DNA from: Takakia lepidozioides
Lineage: Eukaryota > Plantae > Bryophyta
Assembly: GCA_030704615.1 (NCBI GenBank)
Contig: CM060733.1
Location: forward strand, 60,636,001-60,700,000
Reading direction: 5' to 3'
Length of the DNA stretch: 64,000 nt
Position numbers and translations under genes: made by a program. Positions 14,769 through 27,271 of this stretch are shown piece after piece. Below the pieces are notes generated by a model. It saw nothing but the letters and a program-made list of their open reading frames with translations. It was not told the origin of the DNA and did no database searches. How positions within the stretch are numbered: position 1 is the stretch's first letter; every line of letters starts with the position of its first letter.

Positions 14769-16811
14769 GTGAAGATGAGGGAGGAACGGAGCCCTTGGTA
14801 TACGGCAATCCCGAACACTGTCATTGTCACTGGTAATGTTGAGTGCAACCTATGTGGATTAAAGCTTTCTTATCGTAAGGATCGGTTGCTTGCTCACCTC
14901 GGCTATAAAGGTGTGAAAAGCGTTGGGGTGGGTTTATGTCCAAAAGCATCTATGCGGGTAAAAAGCCACTTTGCCCAGTGTGGAGGCAATATTCCAATGT
15001 CTTTGGATCTGGACATAACCTCTGAGCAGAACACTTCATCTTCCCGTCAGGATGCCCCGATTAGTACCCAGGGCGACTCTTGTGAGGCTTCGGGTGTCCT
15101 TGGACAAGTGGGTTGTGCCGGAGCAACACCTACTTCAACACCACTTTGTATCCCTACACTTCAACGAAGTAGAGGATTACGGCAGCAATCCATGCAAGAA
15201 GGTCTTAACTTGTCTACGAAAAGACAGTTGGATAAAAAATGGGCACAGTTTTTCTTCGAGGCCAACATACCATTTAATGTGGCAAGGTTTCCGGCATTTG
15301 TTTCTGCTGTTAGAGCAACCTCGAAGTCCAGATCCACGTATGTGCCTCCGACTTATCACAATCTCCGCACAGGATTGCTAGAAGACGCCATGACCAAGCT
15401 TACCCAAAGGGTCAACGATAGGACGGGCGAGTGCATCAGAAAATATGGAAGCACTATATGTGCCGATGGTTGGAGTTCTGTCACAAACATACCGTTGTTC
15501 AATGTCATGCTCGTATGTCCAGCTGATGAACAATTCTTGGGATCGGTCGACACTAGCGGCGAGAAGAAAGATGGACGTTATCAATGCCAACTATTGACGG
15601 ACTTCATCGAACAGGTCGGAAGTGATAGAATCGTGCAAATATGCACAGACAATGCCGCTAACATGAGAAACACTGCAGACATGTTGTTGGCACGTTATCC
15701 CCACATGTACTATCAAGGTTGTGCTGCTCATATCCTTGACCTCCTTTTGGAAGATTGGGGAAAAAAACAGTGGATGAAACAACTTGTCAAGCGAGCGAAG
15801 TTTGTTGTGTCGTTCATCCGCACACACCACATCCCTTTGACAATCTATAGGAGGCACGAACCCAAATACAGCCTCCGCAATCCAGGCGAAACTCGTTTTG
15901 TCACTAACTTCTTGATGGTAGATCGGTTGGTGACGGTGAAGAGCAGTCTGGAGCACACCATCATCGATCCTCAATGGGATGCGTACACACGGACATTGCG
16001 GGACTCCAGAAAAGCCACGTCATTGGGCAAAAGTCGAAAAGTTCGAAATAGCAGCGATGATTTCTGGAAGAAATGTGAAAACTTTGTTTATATGGTTGAG
16101 CCAGTGTTAATCGTCTTGCGGGAGTTTGATGGAAAGCAACCAGTATTGGGCAAGGCATGGTTACTAATGCAAAATCTTGAGAAGCACGTCCAATCCTTGA
16201 GGCATTCTCCCTTCTCTTTGGAACTTGAACTTACGGACAATGCTGAGGATGCATTTTACGACCGTCGTTCGATGGTTCGAATGGACTTGCATTATGCGGG
16301 GGCTTTGCTCAATCCATTCTTGCTCGACAATACCATGCTCCGAGACGACGCTGATGCCAAGACCGGCCTCGTGCGAGTGCTCATGCGACTGGCTCTGCCG
16401 AACCATGCAGAGAGAGCTATATCCGAGTACCAATGCTTCTCTAATTGCCGCGACCATTTTGAAGACATGCCGGATCCAAAAGAGCTCAATATGTTGTCAC
16501 ATGAATGGTGGAATCTGATTGGAGCTGGAGCAAGAACATTGGCTCCCATTGCGAAGCGTATTCTTGCTCAAGTGTGCTCTGCCTCATCTTGCGAACGCAT
16601 TTGGAGCAGTTACTCATTTGTTCACAACAAGATTCGTAACAGCTTGAATCCCGCGAGGGCTGACAAATTGGTGTATGTGTATACCAATTGCCGACTGCTA
16701 CGTGAGAGGGCAACGGATGATGCTGCAGCATGGTATGAGAGGAATTTGCATTCCGAAGACTCTGCTTCTGAGGCTGATTCGATGAGTGACGATACTAAGC
16801 CTCAGAGATAA
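14769..16811 (+). CDS. hAT-family transposase (BED finger, DUF659-type DDE core, hATC dimerisation domain)
   Basis: VECNLC...RLLAHL BED finger; ADGW and TDNA Asp residues; CAAH (CxxH); ETRF; SCERIWS Glu; 680-aa open frame. The same frame continues to 17771 past two TAA stops. Confidence 0.93.
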   Translation: MKMREERSPWYTAIPNTVIVTGNVECNLCGLKLSYRKDRLLAHLGYKGVKSVGVGLCPKASMRVKSHFAQCGGNIPMSLDLDITSEQNTSSSRQDAPISTQGDSCEASGVLGQVGCAGATPTSTPLCIPTLQRSRGLRQQSMQEGLNLSTKRQLDKKWAQFFFEANIPFNVARFPAFVSAVRATSKSRSTYVPPTYHNLRTGLLEDAMTKLTQRVNDRTGECIRKYGSTICADGWSSVTNIPLFNVMLVCPADEQFLGSVDTSGEKKDGRYQCQLLTDFIEQVGSDRIVQICTDNAANMRNTADMLLARYPHMYYQGCAAHILDLLLEDWGKKQWMKQLVKRAKFVVSFIRTHHIPLTIYRRHEPKYSLRNPGETRFVTNFLMVDRLVTVKSSLEHTIIDPQWDAYTRTLRDSRKATSLGKSRKVRNSSDDFWKKCENFVYMVEPVLIVLREFDGKQPVLGKAWLLMQNLEKHVQSLRHSPFSLELELTDNAEDAFYDRRSMVRMDLHYAGALLNPFLLDNTMLRDDADAKTGLVRVLMRLALPNHAERAISEYQCFSNCRDHFEDMPDPKELNMLSHEWWNLIGAGARTLAPIAKRILAQVCSASSCERIWSSYSFVHNKIRNSLNPARADKLVYVYTNCRLLRERATDDAAAWYERNLHSEDSASEADSMSDDTKPQR

Positions 16812-18039
16812 TCATCTCAGAGGGAATTATCTGCCTCCGATAGGGCAGATGGATCCGATGATGCTTCCGAAAATACGTATGACCCGTTTACATTCACAGA
16901 TGATGATGCTTATATCCAGCCGACCTTTGATGACCTTCTTGAAGAAGTGCGTATCGCAGATGAAGGTGAAGCTGCAATTGTGTCATCCCCAGAACATGGT
17001 CCTCAAAATGAAGTTGGGGTCGACCCTCGTCCCCCACTACACGCTGAAGCCACCGGTAGTGCCCCAATGGAGCTTAGGGGTGATGTACTGCCAGGACCAA
17101 TCGACGTACGCAATCCTGTTCATACAAACGATGGTGTCGAACCCATTGTACAGTCGACGGGACGGGATCATGCCTCACCGATACGACCAGCTCCACCATA
17201 ATGTCAAAACCGATCCAGCTCCTCATCAACACAGCGGACATTAAGGAGCAACAGGGTTGATCTGTTTTCCACACGCATGCATCATTCTGCTGCATTGGAC
17301 CGGACGGAAGTTGAAGCCTCGGATGATGACAACCTGCCATTACAATTCCACCTTAACCGACGTGTTGCGCAGCAGACCCGTGGTTCCTCACATGCCGGAC
17401 CATCTAATGCCGGTCCATCTCGGGCAGTCCCCCCTCCGGTACCTCGTTCAAGACCACCTTCGATTGCGTCCCAAGTCCATAAACGACAAAGAACAGTCCA
17501 ACCTTTTGTAGGCGATCGGCCCACAAACAGGCCAGATACCGTGGATGGTATTCAAGACCGGAGCGGGAGTCGACCGCAGAGAGAACTAAATGTGGTTCGA
17601 GGTCACTTGCAGATTCAAATGCCTGGACATATGAGGTCGGATAGGGAGAACGATTCCAGCACTGATCATGGCAACGGTGGTGAAGTCGAGGGTGACCCGG
17701 ATTTTCAACCCATCGGAGCATTAGGATTAGGATCTTCTTCGTCCCGCCGTCGAAGCAGTAGAAGGAATTGAAGCAAAACAGCTGTAGGCATGCATCCGCA
17801 CTTTTTAGTGGACATGTTTATATTTTTGTACTGAAGTAATATCAATGTGATCATTGTCACTATGAGTATTTGTATTGCTGTTGTGTATGTGTTGGAAAAT
17901 AAAAGATGTTGCCCATGTGTATACCAGCCAAAATGTCGGCCAAATGCACCGTCACTTGCTCATGTTTATGTTCGGTGATTTGCTTGTGGAATGGAGAACA
18001 ATTGTGTCATGCTTCCAACTGTGCATTCATTTTTATTTA

Positions 18040-18530
18040 AATGGAGCGACTGCCAAGGTGGCGGTCACTTCTACTGTGTGACCTCCGCCTGGAGCGAGGA
18101 GTGAGGCGGGGGGGAGGAGGGCATATAAGCTCTGGGACATTCTCCCCTCACTTCGTTTGAAGTTTTTTTTTGTTTTTATAAATGCAGCGACCGCCATTAC
18201 TGGCGGTCGCTTTTATTTTAATTATTTTGGAAATGAAGCGACCGCCTATGTTGGCGGTCGCTTATTTATGTTAAATGTTTTGAAAATGAAGCGACCGCCT
18301 ATGCTGGCGGTCGCTTATTTATTATAATGAAGCGACCGCATATATTGGCGGTCGTTTATTTTTTTTTAAGTTTTTGAAAATGAAGCGACCGCCTACATTG
18401 GCGGTCGCTTATTTATTTATTATTTATTTTTAATGAAGCGACTGCCTATGTTGGCGGTCGCTTATTTTTTTTAAAGTTTTTGAAAATGAAGCGACCGCCT
18501 ATGTTAGCAGTCGCTTTTTTTTTTTTAAAG
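18040..18530. repeat. Downstream GCGACCGCC/GGCGGTCGC palindrome array
   Basis: Same unit as 13504-14340. Confidence 0.9.
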
Positions 18531-18538
18531 TTTTTGAA

Positions 18539-19960
18539 TGACAAGTGAACGCCTCATTGGACAATTGAATGGTTTTCGATTGATCTCGTATTACACTGGG
18601 ACGTATTAAAGGGTACATTGAACACACTGACCAAGTTTCAAAGCGAACGAAAATCATTTGGATGGGCAACCATCTGTTGGCCCATTGAACGAATTTCGAT
18701 TGATCTCATATTACTCTGGGGCCTCTTACATAACACATTGAACATAGTGGCCAAGTCTCAAAGTGAAACAAAATCATCTCGATGGCCAACCATCCGTTGA
18801 GCCATCGAATGAATTTCGATTGATCTGATATTAATCCGGGACCTGTGAGAAGGTGTCTAGAACGTGCTGGCAAAGTTTGGAAGCTAACAAAAATGATTTG
18901 GATGAGTAACCATCCGTTCACCCGTTGAATGTATTCTGTTGGAGCTGCTATTGCTTTGGGACCCGTTGGACTGTGTTTCGCGTGCTCACGATATTTTTTT
19001 TTCGATCTGTTTTTGAATGGAGCGTGTAATGTAGCCATATGCAATGTGTGTGCCAAATTTTGGGAGTGATCAAAATTCATTTGGACCCAAAATGACAGTT
19101 TCTTCCCTGTTTTGCACTCCAAACTTGATTTGTGTTCTACTTTATGTACTCTTCATAGAAAGTTCTGCAATAGTGATCGAAGACAACACTGTTTTTTTAG
19201 GGCATTTTTGATTGGTCCAAATTTTGGCAAGGGAGTAGCCGTGGGATGCTGGAAGCCACGGAACAAAATTGAGCCAAAAACAAAATCGATACGTGCCAGA
19301 AACCCCCACTGAAAGGCAGTGCAAACCTATTTATTGGCTTAAAATAAATTTAAATTCAATTAAATTGTGGAATGGCTTGAGGGGGGAGAGCGTCGATGGG
19401 GAGGCAAATAATTTATTCGTCTGTTGTGTCTCCGCACATGTGTCGCACACATGTTCAAGCACATGCGGGCAAAAGAGGGGCTTCAACCACATCCGTTCAA
19501 TGGGTGCAATAGCCGTGCACGCATTGCAGGATTTCTTTTTCGCATTGAACAAAAACCAGATGACAAGTGAATGCCTCATTGGACAATTGAACGATTTTCG
19601 ATTGATCTCGTATTACACTGGGATGTATCAGAAGGTACATTGAACACATTGGCCAAGTTTCAAAGCGAACGAAAATCATTTGGATGGGCAACCATCCATT
19701 GGCCGATTGAACGAATTTCGATTGATCTCATATTACTCTGGGGCCTCTTCCATGGCACATTGAACATAGTGGCCAAGTCTCAAAGCGAAACAAAATCATT
19801 TCGATGGCCAACCATCCGTTGAGCCATCGCATGAATTTCGATTGATCTGATATTAGTCCGGGACCTGATACATGGTATGTTGAACATAGTGGCAAAGATT
19901 GAAAGCAAACGAAAATCATTTGGATGGGCAACCATTCAATCGCCCATTGAATGAATGTGG
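18539..19960. repeat. Two blocks of 120-bp tandem repeats (18539-18930 and 19561-19960)
   Basis: TTCGATTGATCT recurs at about 18576/18696/18816 and 19597/19717/19837; the two blocks are direct copies. Confidence 0.85.
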
Positions 19961-20007
19961 TTTCGTCTTCGATTATATTGGGACCTGTTATATGGTATGC
20001 CCTTTGA

Positions 20008-20306
20008 AGCTCTTTTTGTAGTATCTCTTGCCTCGTAATGCGGTGTTTCTCCATGTCCACTTTATCCAATATGTTAATATTCTCCACCTGGAACAGATCC
20101 ACATATGTGTGCAGAAATCCTTAAAAAAACAAATGACCATCTTAACTTTTATAAACCTCATCCCCAGCTTCCAGTTTTGATGGTCATTTGGTTTTTTAAG
20201 TTATATACGCATGTGTGGATATGTTCCAGATCGAAGATATTAACATTGGAAAATAAGAGTTGGAGAAGCACCTCATTACGAAGCAAGAGACATTACAGAA
20301 GACCTC
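20008..20306. repeat. Imperfect foldback inverted repeat, arms about 135 bp
   Basis: e.g. CTTAAAAAAACAAATGACCATC vs GATGGTCATTTGGTTTTTTAAG; TCTCTTGCCTCGTAATG vs CATTACGAAGCAAGAGA. Confidence 0.8.
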
Positions 20307-21019
20307 AGCATGTTGAACATTTGGATGAAGAACCTTGTTCATCGTCGCTTCAAAGTTCTAGCGCTTCTGAAATGATCACATGTTTGTTGGTGGAAGCAGA
20401 TCTTGTAGGCCACATTGATCTCGTACCCATCGAAAACTCCCGTAGGCCACATGGAACGGTTCATGTGATACATTTTCACAAATGCGATGTGATACATTTG
20501 TGAAATGGTATCACATCAACCGTTTAATGTGGCCAATGCACGTCTTCCGCACCATGGCGGAAATGTTCGCCACTTGAAAACACAAACACAAATAATCCGT
20601 GCAAACAATATCAAGAATCATATGTACTGCAAGGTGTTTCATACTGCCGATGTTCATGTAGCAGAATTATTTAGGAATCGTTTTGCTACTCCCATGCCAA
20701 CAACATCAAGTCCACTGCGACTTCCGAATTCCGTATCAGCCACCACGGACATGAAACCAGGAACTTCGCACAAAATCTCCAATTCATTCAATTTATGGTG
20801 GGCCACGGTTGCAGCCTGCAAGCTGGCCGGGGTGGTTGATACGTCCGTTTGAACATGACAGTCTCAGAGGACGTTAGCATGGGAATAACAAAAAGAGTAC
20901 TACAAAATTCAGCTAGAGGAACAACAATAGCATGAAACACATCTTACGGTTGTGACAGCTCCAATCAATAGAGAACTCGCATCATCAGTTGCGCTCCAAC
21001 AGCAGTACTGGTCCCCCGA

Positions 21020-21548
21020 GTAAATAAAATTCCGTTGTAAATAATAAATTGCATACGCTCGAACCTCACAAATGTCATTTCAACAAAACCGGCCGTGTAT
21101 TGTGGCACTGTTTGTAACTGCGAATGTTTCAATGTTTCTGACATGGTACTGAGAAAATGATATATTGGATCCTTAGGAGTTGGACAACAAATGTTCCATA
21201 TCTCATTCAACTGTGCGATACTACCATGAGTTGCATGGATAAAAAAATAATAGGTGTACATGCGACCTCCACACGTTTAAGTAGAGATCTAGTATCAAAC
21301 GTTCGGAGGTCGCATGTGCAACTTTCCGATCCATGCCTCTCATGGTAGTGTCGCACAGTTGAATGAGATGAGACGTTTGTTGTCTAACTCCTACGGAACT
21401 AATATATCGTTTTCTCATAACCCTATCCGAAACCTTGGAACATTACAAATATAAACAGTGAGCCAGTACACAAACCATTTATGTTGCAATGACACGTGCC
21501 AGGGTCGAGCATATGCAATGTAGTATTTACAATGGGACTTTATTTATT
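21020..21548. repeat. Imperfect foldback inverted repeat, arms about 260 bp
   Basis: e.g. ATCTCATTCAACTGTGCGATACTACCATGAG vs CTCATGGTAGTGTCGCACAGTTGAATGAGAT; centre about 21288. Confidence 0.85.
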
Positions 21549-21629
21549 ATATACACGATCAAAATTGAGTTATGTCTTCATAAAAGAACCATTGTACCGC
21601 CAGAAATGTCATATCTACGAGACTATGGT

Positions 21630-23102
21630 CTACTCCGTCCTATATACGTCTTTCGGCTCAGGCCAATTGAATGGCTTGCCCATGAACCGAAGTATTACAT
21701 GGGCTAATGTGACTCTCTCATTCTTGTTATTGTCGTACAACCTTTGTAGCATTGAATGCCAAAAACCTCCCGTAAATTGGTCCTGGAACATACTTTGATC
21801 ATAATGAACACCGCCATTTATTCGTACCGCTATCTTCCCAACGGCAAATGCCTCCGATGTCATGTCCTGGGGAGGGGGAGGGGGGGGGGCGTGGCATTCG
21901 CATTGAAAACCGATGCAATATCTTTTTCCACCCACCATCTTTTCGCGAGTTCTCGGTCCAGCTTGTCTTGGTTTTCAAACTAGTACGACGAGACTTTGCG
22001 TATGCCCAATGGGGTGGCTAAGCCCGAATCACACACCCCAATCTTGATCTCCTCGGTGTCATCTGGAAAATGCAACAAGATGTTGTCGGGGGACAAGTCG
22101 TTGTGCATGACACCGTTCTTGTGGATAACATCCATGATGCACACCAGTGCCCATGCAAGTTTACTGCGCACTTCTCGGAAACGAAGCAAGCGATCGCATT
22201 CCTGGAACTCTGCTTCCGTTCCCCTTTGTTCCAAAATCACCCTGTTGTCCGAATCGTTGCCTCATTTTTCTGTCAAGGTTCATCATGTCACGTATTGTCC
22301 CACCATTCCACCAGCGAGTGTAACCCTCTACCTCACGTGCATTCACAGCAAAATACGAGATAACACCCGGATGCTAGAACTTCACTGCGAAACACTCGTC
22401 GTTATGTTGTCTCAACGCATTTTCTGGATTTTTGGACTTGGGTTTTTTTCCCGCTAGCTCACAACGCTCCGGTATTCTAGAATCGCCAACAATCATACAG
22501 TGACGGACCTTAGCATACCCTCTTTCTTTGTAAGGGCCAATCTCTACCGCCTTCGCACTAGAGTTCAGGTTATAAAGACCAGTTGTGCCTCCCCCGCCCG
22601 ATGACCCCGTCTTCCAAGGGACAACCCTAGTCCGGCGATGTGAATTCTGACTTGCCGAGCAAGCCCAATACTCAACACGCCGCATTAACTCGGCTTCGAC
22701 GGATGGCACTCGACCCTCGGTTGTTCTACCCTTCCATGTCTTCATTAGCTGCCTTAAATTCCACGTGGCGTCTTTCGCCCTGCTTTGGATCCACCGATTG
22801 AACTTCGGCTTGTCCCTGTCCACCGTCCACTTAGCCCCCGCCAAAGCGTTTGTCATTTTCCTCTCCATATTTTGCTAGAAAATCTGAAACCCCTCCCATC
22901 CATGCCTAACATAAGCACTCTCCAGCCTCATCATGTCCCTACCCTTGAAATAATCCGCTACCACTTCTTTCACCCTATCCAAGACATCCGGTCCCGGGTA
23001 GTCTGGCTTGTTGACCTGACTATCCCGCTCGTCGGCACGTTTTCTCTTCTTCCGCCCCCCAGACGATCCCGCCCCAGAACTTGAATTCACAACCCTCGAC
23101 AT
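21630..23102 (-). pseudogene. Intronless Ser/Thr protein kinase, disrupted
   Basis: RGYAKV (Gly loop), LAGKK, HPGVI, HNDLSPDNILL catalytic loop, CDSGLA (DFG equivalent), SEAFAVG (IX), ERVTL (XI); in-frame stops and frameshifts across ORFs 22875-23102, 22374-22868, 21980-22240, 21630-21938. Confidence 0.8.
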
Positions 23103-23723
23103 TGTATAAACATTTGCCCACTACAGGGTCCAAAACCTCAGAAAAATGGCAATGAACGCGTGTGGATGGTGTCTTCGTAGTTTTCTGCAAAAAAACAGGC
23201 CGCCGGAGATCCGGAAACGGCAAAATGGTGATACGATGATTGTACCGTGAACAAGTGTGTGGGATTGACCAATAGAAAACCGACAAAACCTCCCCCCCAA
23301 AATAATCACCTTTGCACCTCCCGTTGGCAGTGCCAAGCAACGAAGTCCTCAAGGACTACAGGATGCCAAGGAACCACACCACAAGAGGGGCAAAAGTGAT
23401 CAGAAAAGGAGGGGGTGGAATGGTTTATATAGGCGCCCACCACCCCCCGCCCCCCCCAAAAATGGCATTATGCTTGACAAGGCGTGACAGGCCAGTGGCG
23501 CCTCGCCACGTGTCAGCGCGGCGCGACTGGCCAGTCGCACCTCGTCATGCGCACCCACATGGGAGAGGTCAAGGGTTCAAAACCACCTCCCCCCATCCCA
23601 TTTGTTTCGTTTTTCCTGACCCGTGGTACCTCGCCACGTGGCTGGCCGAGGCGCCGCTTCATGATTAAAAATAAAAAACAAAACGCCACACGGCGGGTCT
23701 CTGGATTTCTAAGAAAAAAAAAA

Positions 23724-24852
23724 ACACGCGACCGCTTATTTTAAAATATAATAAAATACAAGCGACCGCCAATATGGGCGGTCGCTTCATTTAAAAATAA
23801 ATAAATTAGTGGCGACCACCAATACTGGCGGTCGCTTAATTTAACAAAATATTAAATTACAAGCGACCGCCAATATGGGCGGTCGTTTTTATTAAAAATA
23901 ATAAATTATATGCGACTGCCAATATAGGCGGACTCATTTTTTTTAAACAAATTAATAAATATTAATAATTGGCCACGTCTGTTTTACACCATGGCTGCCA
24001 TGTCATTACAAAGAGTAGAAGTAAATTGTAAAAGTCAAATGTAAAAAAAATTACGTGGATAAACGTCCGGATTCGACGTGACGGCCGACGTGTCAGCGCC
24101 ACGTCACGTCAGGAATGATAACTAGGGCCAGCATAGGCGCTCGCTTCATTTTCAAAACATTTAAAATAAATAGGCGACCGCCAGCATAGGCGGTCACTTC
24201 ATTTTCAAAACATTTAAAATAAATAAGCGGCCGCCAACATAGGCGGTCGCTTCATTTTCAAAAACTTAAAAAAAAAATAATCGACCGCCAATATAGGCGG
24301 TCGCTTTATTTTCAAAAACTTAAAAAAAAATAAGCGACCGCCAACATAGGCAGTCGCTTCATTTCCAAAATAATTAAAATAAAAGCGACCACCAGTAATG
24401 GCGGTCGCCCCATTTCCAAAAATAAAAAAATAAAAACGACCGCTAGTAATGGCGGTCCCTGCATCTTAAAAAATAACCATCACAGCGATCGGCAGAAATG
24501 GCGGTCGCTGCATTTTGTAAAAACAAAAACTGCCAGTAATGAAAGTGAGAGGAGAATGACTTGGGGCTTATATGCCCCCCCCTCCCCCGCCTCATTCCGC
24601 GCTCCACGTGCAGGGCAGACCTCGTAGAAGCGACCGCCACCATGGCGGTTGCTCCATTTAAAAACAAAAAAAAAATGACTGCCACAAATGACGGTCGCTC
24701 CAATGGCGGTCGCTGCATTTATAAAAACAAAAAAAAACTTCAAGCGAAGTGAGGGGAGAATGTCTCGGAGCTTATATGCCCCCCCCCCACCCTCACTTCT
24801 CGCTCCATGCGCAGTCACACTTCGTAGAAGCGACCGCCACCTTGGCGGTCGC
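23724..24852. repeat. Third GCGACCGCC/GGCGGTCGC palindrome array
   Basis: Same unit; interrupted at 23970-24120 by CCACGTC-rich sequence. Confidence 0.9.
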
Positions 24853-25479
24853 TCCATTTAAATAAAAATGAATGCACAGTTGGAAGCAAGGCACAATTGT
24901 TCTTCATTCCACAAGCAAATCACCGAACACAAACATGAGCAAGTGACGGTGCTTTTGGCCGACATTTTGGCTGGTATACACATGTGCAACATCTTTTATT
25001 TTCCAACACATACACAACAAAAGATCCTAATGCTCCGATGGGTTGAAAATCCGGGTCACCCTCGACTTCACCACCGTTGTCATGATCAGTGCTGGAATCG
25101 TCCTCCCTATCCGACCTCATATGTCCAGGCCTTTGAATCTGCAAGCGACCTCGAACCACATTTAGTTCTCTCTGAAGTCGACTTCCGCTCCGGTCTTGAA
25201 TACCATCCATGGTATCTGGCCTGTTTGTGAGCCGATCGCCTACAAAAGGTTGAACTGTTCTCTATCGTTTATGGACTTGGGACGCAATCGAAGGTGGTAC
25301 CGGAGGGGGGACTGCCCGAGATGGACCGGCATTAGATGGTCCGGTATGTGAGGAACCACGGGTCTGCTGCGCAACACGTCGGTTAAGGTGGAATTGTAGT
25401 GACAGGTTATCATCATCCGAGGCTTCAACTTCCGCCCGGTCCAATGCAGCAGAATGATGCATGCGTGTGGAAAACAGAT
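24123..25479 (-). mobile_element. Inverted second copy of the hAT element 3' region (matches 17260-18530)
   Basis: Near-identical ORFs (17277-17771 vs 25262-25462 and 24920-25210) with substitutions and indels. Confidence 0.9.
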
Positions 25480-26117
25480 AGAGTAGATATTAATATCATC
25501 TATGTAGACAAAGGCACATTCCCATCGAAGATTGTCAAGCACAACATCCATGAGCCTCTGAAAAATGGCAGTAGCATTGCATAATCCAAAAGGCATAGTT
25601 TCAAACTGATACATGCCCATTTGACAGGTGAAGGCGGTTTTCTCTTTGGCCGCCGAAGTCTAGTTGCTAGGATCTAGTTGTTAGATCTAATGATGATAAG
25701 ATAGTGGCTCCATTCAATTGGTCAAGAGTCTCATTAATACGAGGCAAGGGATACACATCCTTTTTAGTGATAGCATTTAGACGTCGAAAATCAATACAGA
25801 AGCGAGTTGAACCATCATTTTTCCCTACCAAGACAATGGGACTGGCCCAAGGCGAGATTCAGGGTGTGATTACACCTGCATCCAACATTTTGGTAATCTC
25901 TTCTTGATTAACTTTTCTTTCGCGCACACTCTCTCGGTAGGCATACTGTTTGATAGGCTTACCTTCAGTGATGATATCATGGTCAAGGATGGTTGTGCGA
26001 CCAAGGTCATGAAGGCCCTTGCTAAAGATATCCAGATTGTTACAGAGAAAGTCATGTAGTTGGTTGGTCTGCTGAGGTGTGAGATGCTCTCCAATCGTGA
26101 TGTCTTGCAAAATCTGC
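25480..26117 (-). mobile_element. Gypsy-1 fragment: RT N-terminal half
   Basis: DLGRTTILDHDIITEGKPIKQYAYR...MPFGLCNA...VYIDDINIYS. Confidence 0.9.
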
Positions 26118-27271
26118 TTCTTCCACGGTTATACGCTCCACTTCCATTTTCTGCTCACGCTTAAAATGTGCTCATGCTTAAGGGAATCTGCTCACAATTA
26201 ATGGAATCTGCTCACGCTTAGTGCGCTAAGCGTGAGCGCGCTCACGCGCTAGCTGCTCTCCCTCTTGGAAGGATACATTGAAAGGGTGCGTCTACAGAAG
26301 CGATTACCCACATTCATTGTGAATGCATCTATATACCTACCATGTAAACCACAAGACCTTATTTAACATACCGGCGATGGTATCTAAGATGTGGTTAACT
26401 TGGTATGTATGGCCATGCAGTCACACAAAGTAAGTCCGACCACCGGGCGATCGCTGGTTGGCAAGCTATCTTGCCATTGCCTCCACGTACATAGGTGTTG
26501 AGCTTCTCTAAAGCTTGTAGATGGAAGTGACTTGAGTTGTACGGAGCTTGATTAGAGGGGCAGCCCTGTGCACAGGCAGGTGGGACGAGAGTGCAAAGGT
26601 GAGAAAAATGATGGAGTGCATGATGTGGAGGAGGCCTATTGTCGTGGACGCAAACTTGTGCAAATTGGAGGGTAACATACCATGCCGAGACCGAAGACGC
26701 CAACCTCCATGCAAGAAAATCTGAGATGAATGTGCACGAAAAACTTTTCGATGAAGGTAAGCAAGGATGAATGGCAAAGATGAATGTGGGATGAAAAATG
26801 ATTGGATGAATGTACCATGAATGACTGAAATAAGATTGGTTGTAAAAGAACATTCATGACATTCATCGGATTCATCTCATTTATAACATTCATCTCATTC
26901 ATCTCATTCATTCATCTAGAATGTGTAGTCATAACCAACTGTGCAAAACAAGATTGATCGAGCAAAAAAGATTGTGGCGGACGTAGATCAATGTGACATT
27001 GGAAAAAATGCAGATTTCGAAGGCCTTCGTTGCCAATAACCAGCACAAAGCCATCTGCAAGTCCACCTGGTTGGAACACAAACATGTATTGCAAAACAAG
27101 ATTGAAATCAAATATTGATTGCAAAACAAGATTGAAGATTGATCTCATTCTAAGAAAATGTTGTCATTCACTAGCACGAAGCCATCTCCAAAGTCGGATA
27201 CACTTCAGATTTTCATAACAATGACATGACATAATAACCGGCAGAGTTGCAATGCAAATCTCGACTACATC

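Noticed and set aside
10947-25479. 4-bp TSD (GATA) around insertion A
   Set aside because: The right junction is internal to the hAT copy and shows microhomology, and Gypsy RT sequence is missing between the junctions, so it reflects deletion rather than a clean TSD.
26210-26252. Helitron 3' end (hairpin plus CTAG)
   Set aside because: Wrong position for the insertion end, not followed by T, no Rep/helicase; better explained as subterminal repeats.
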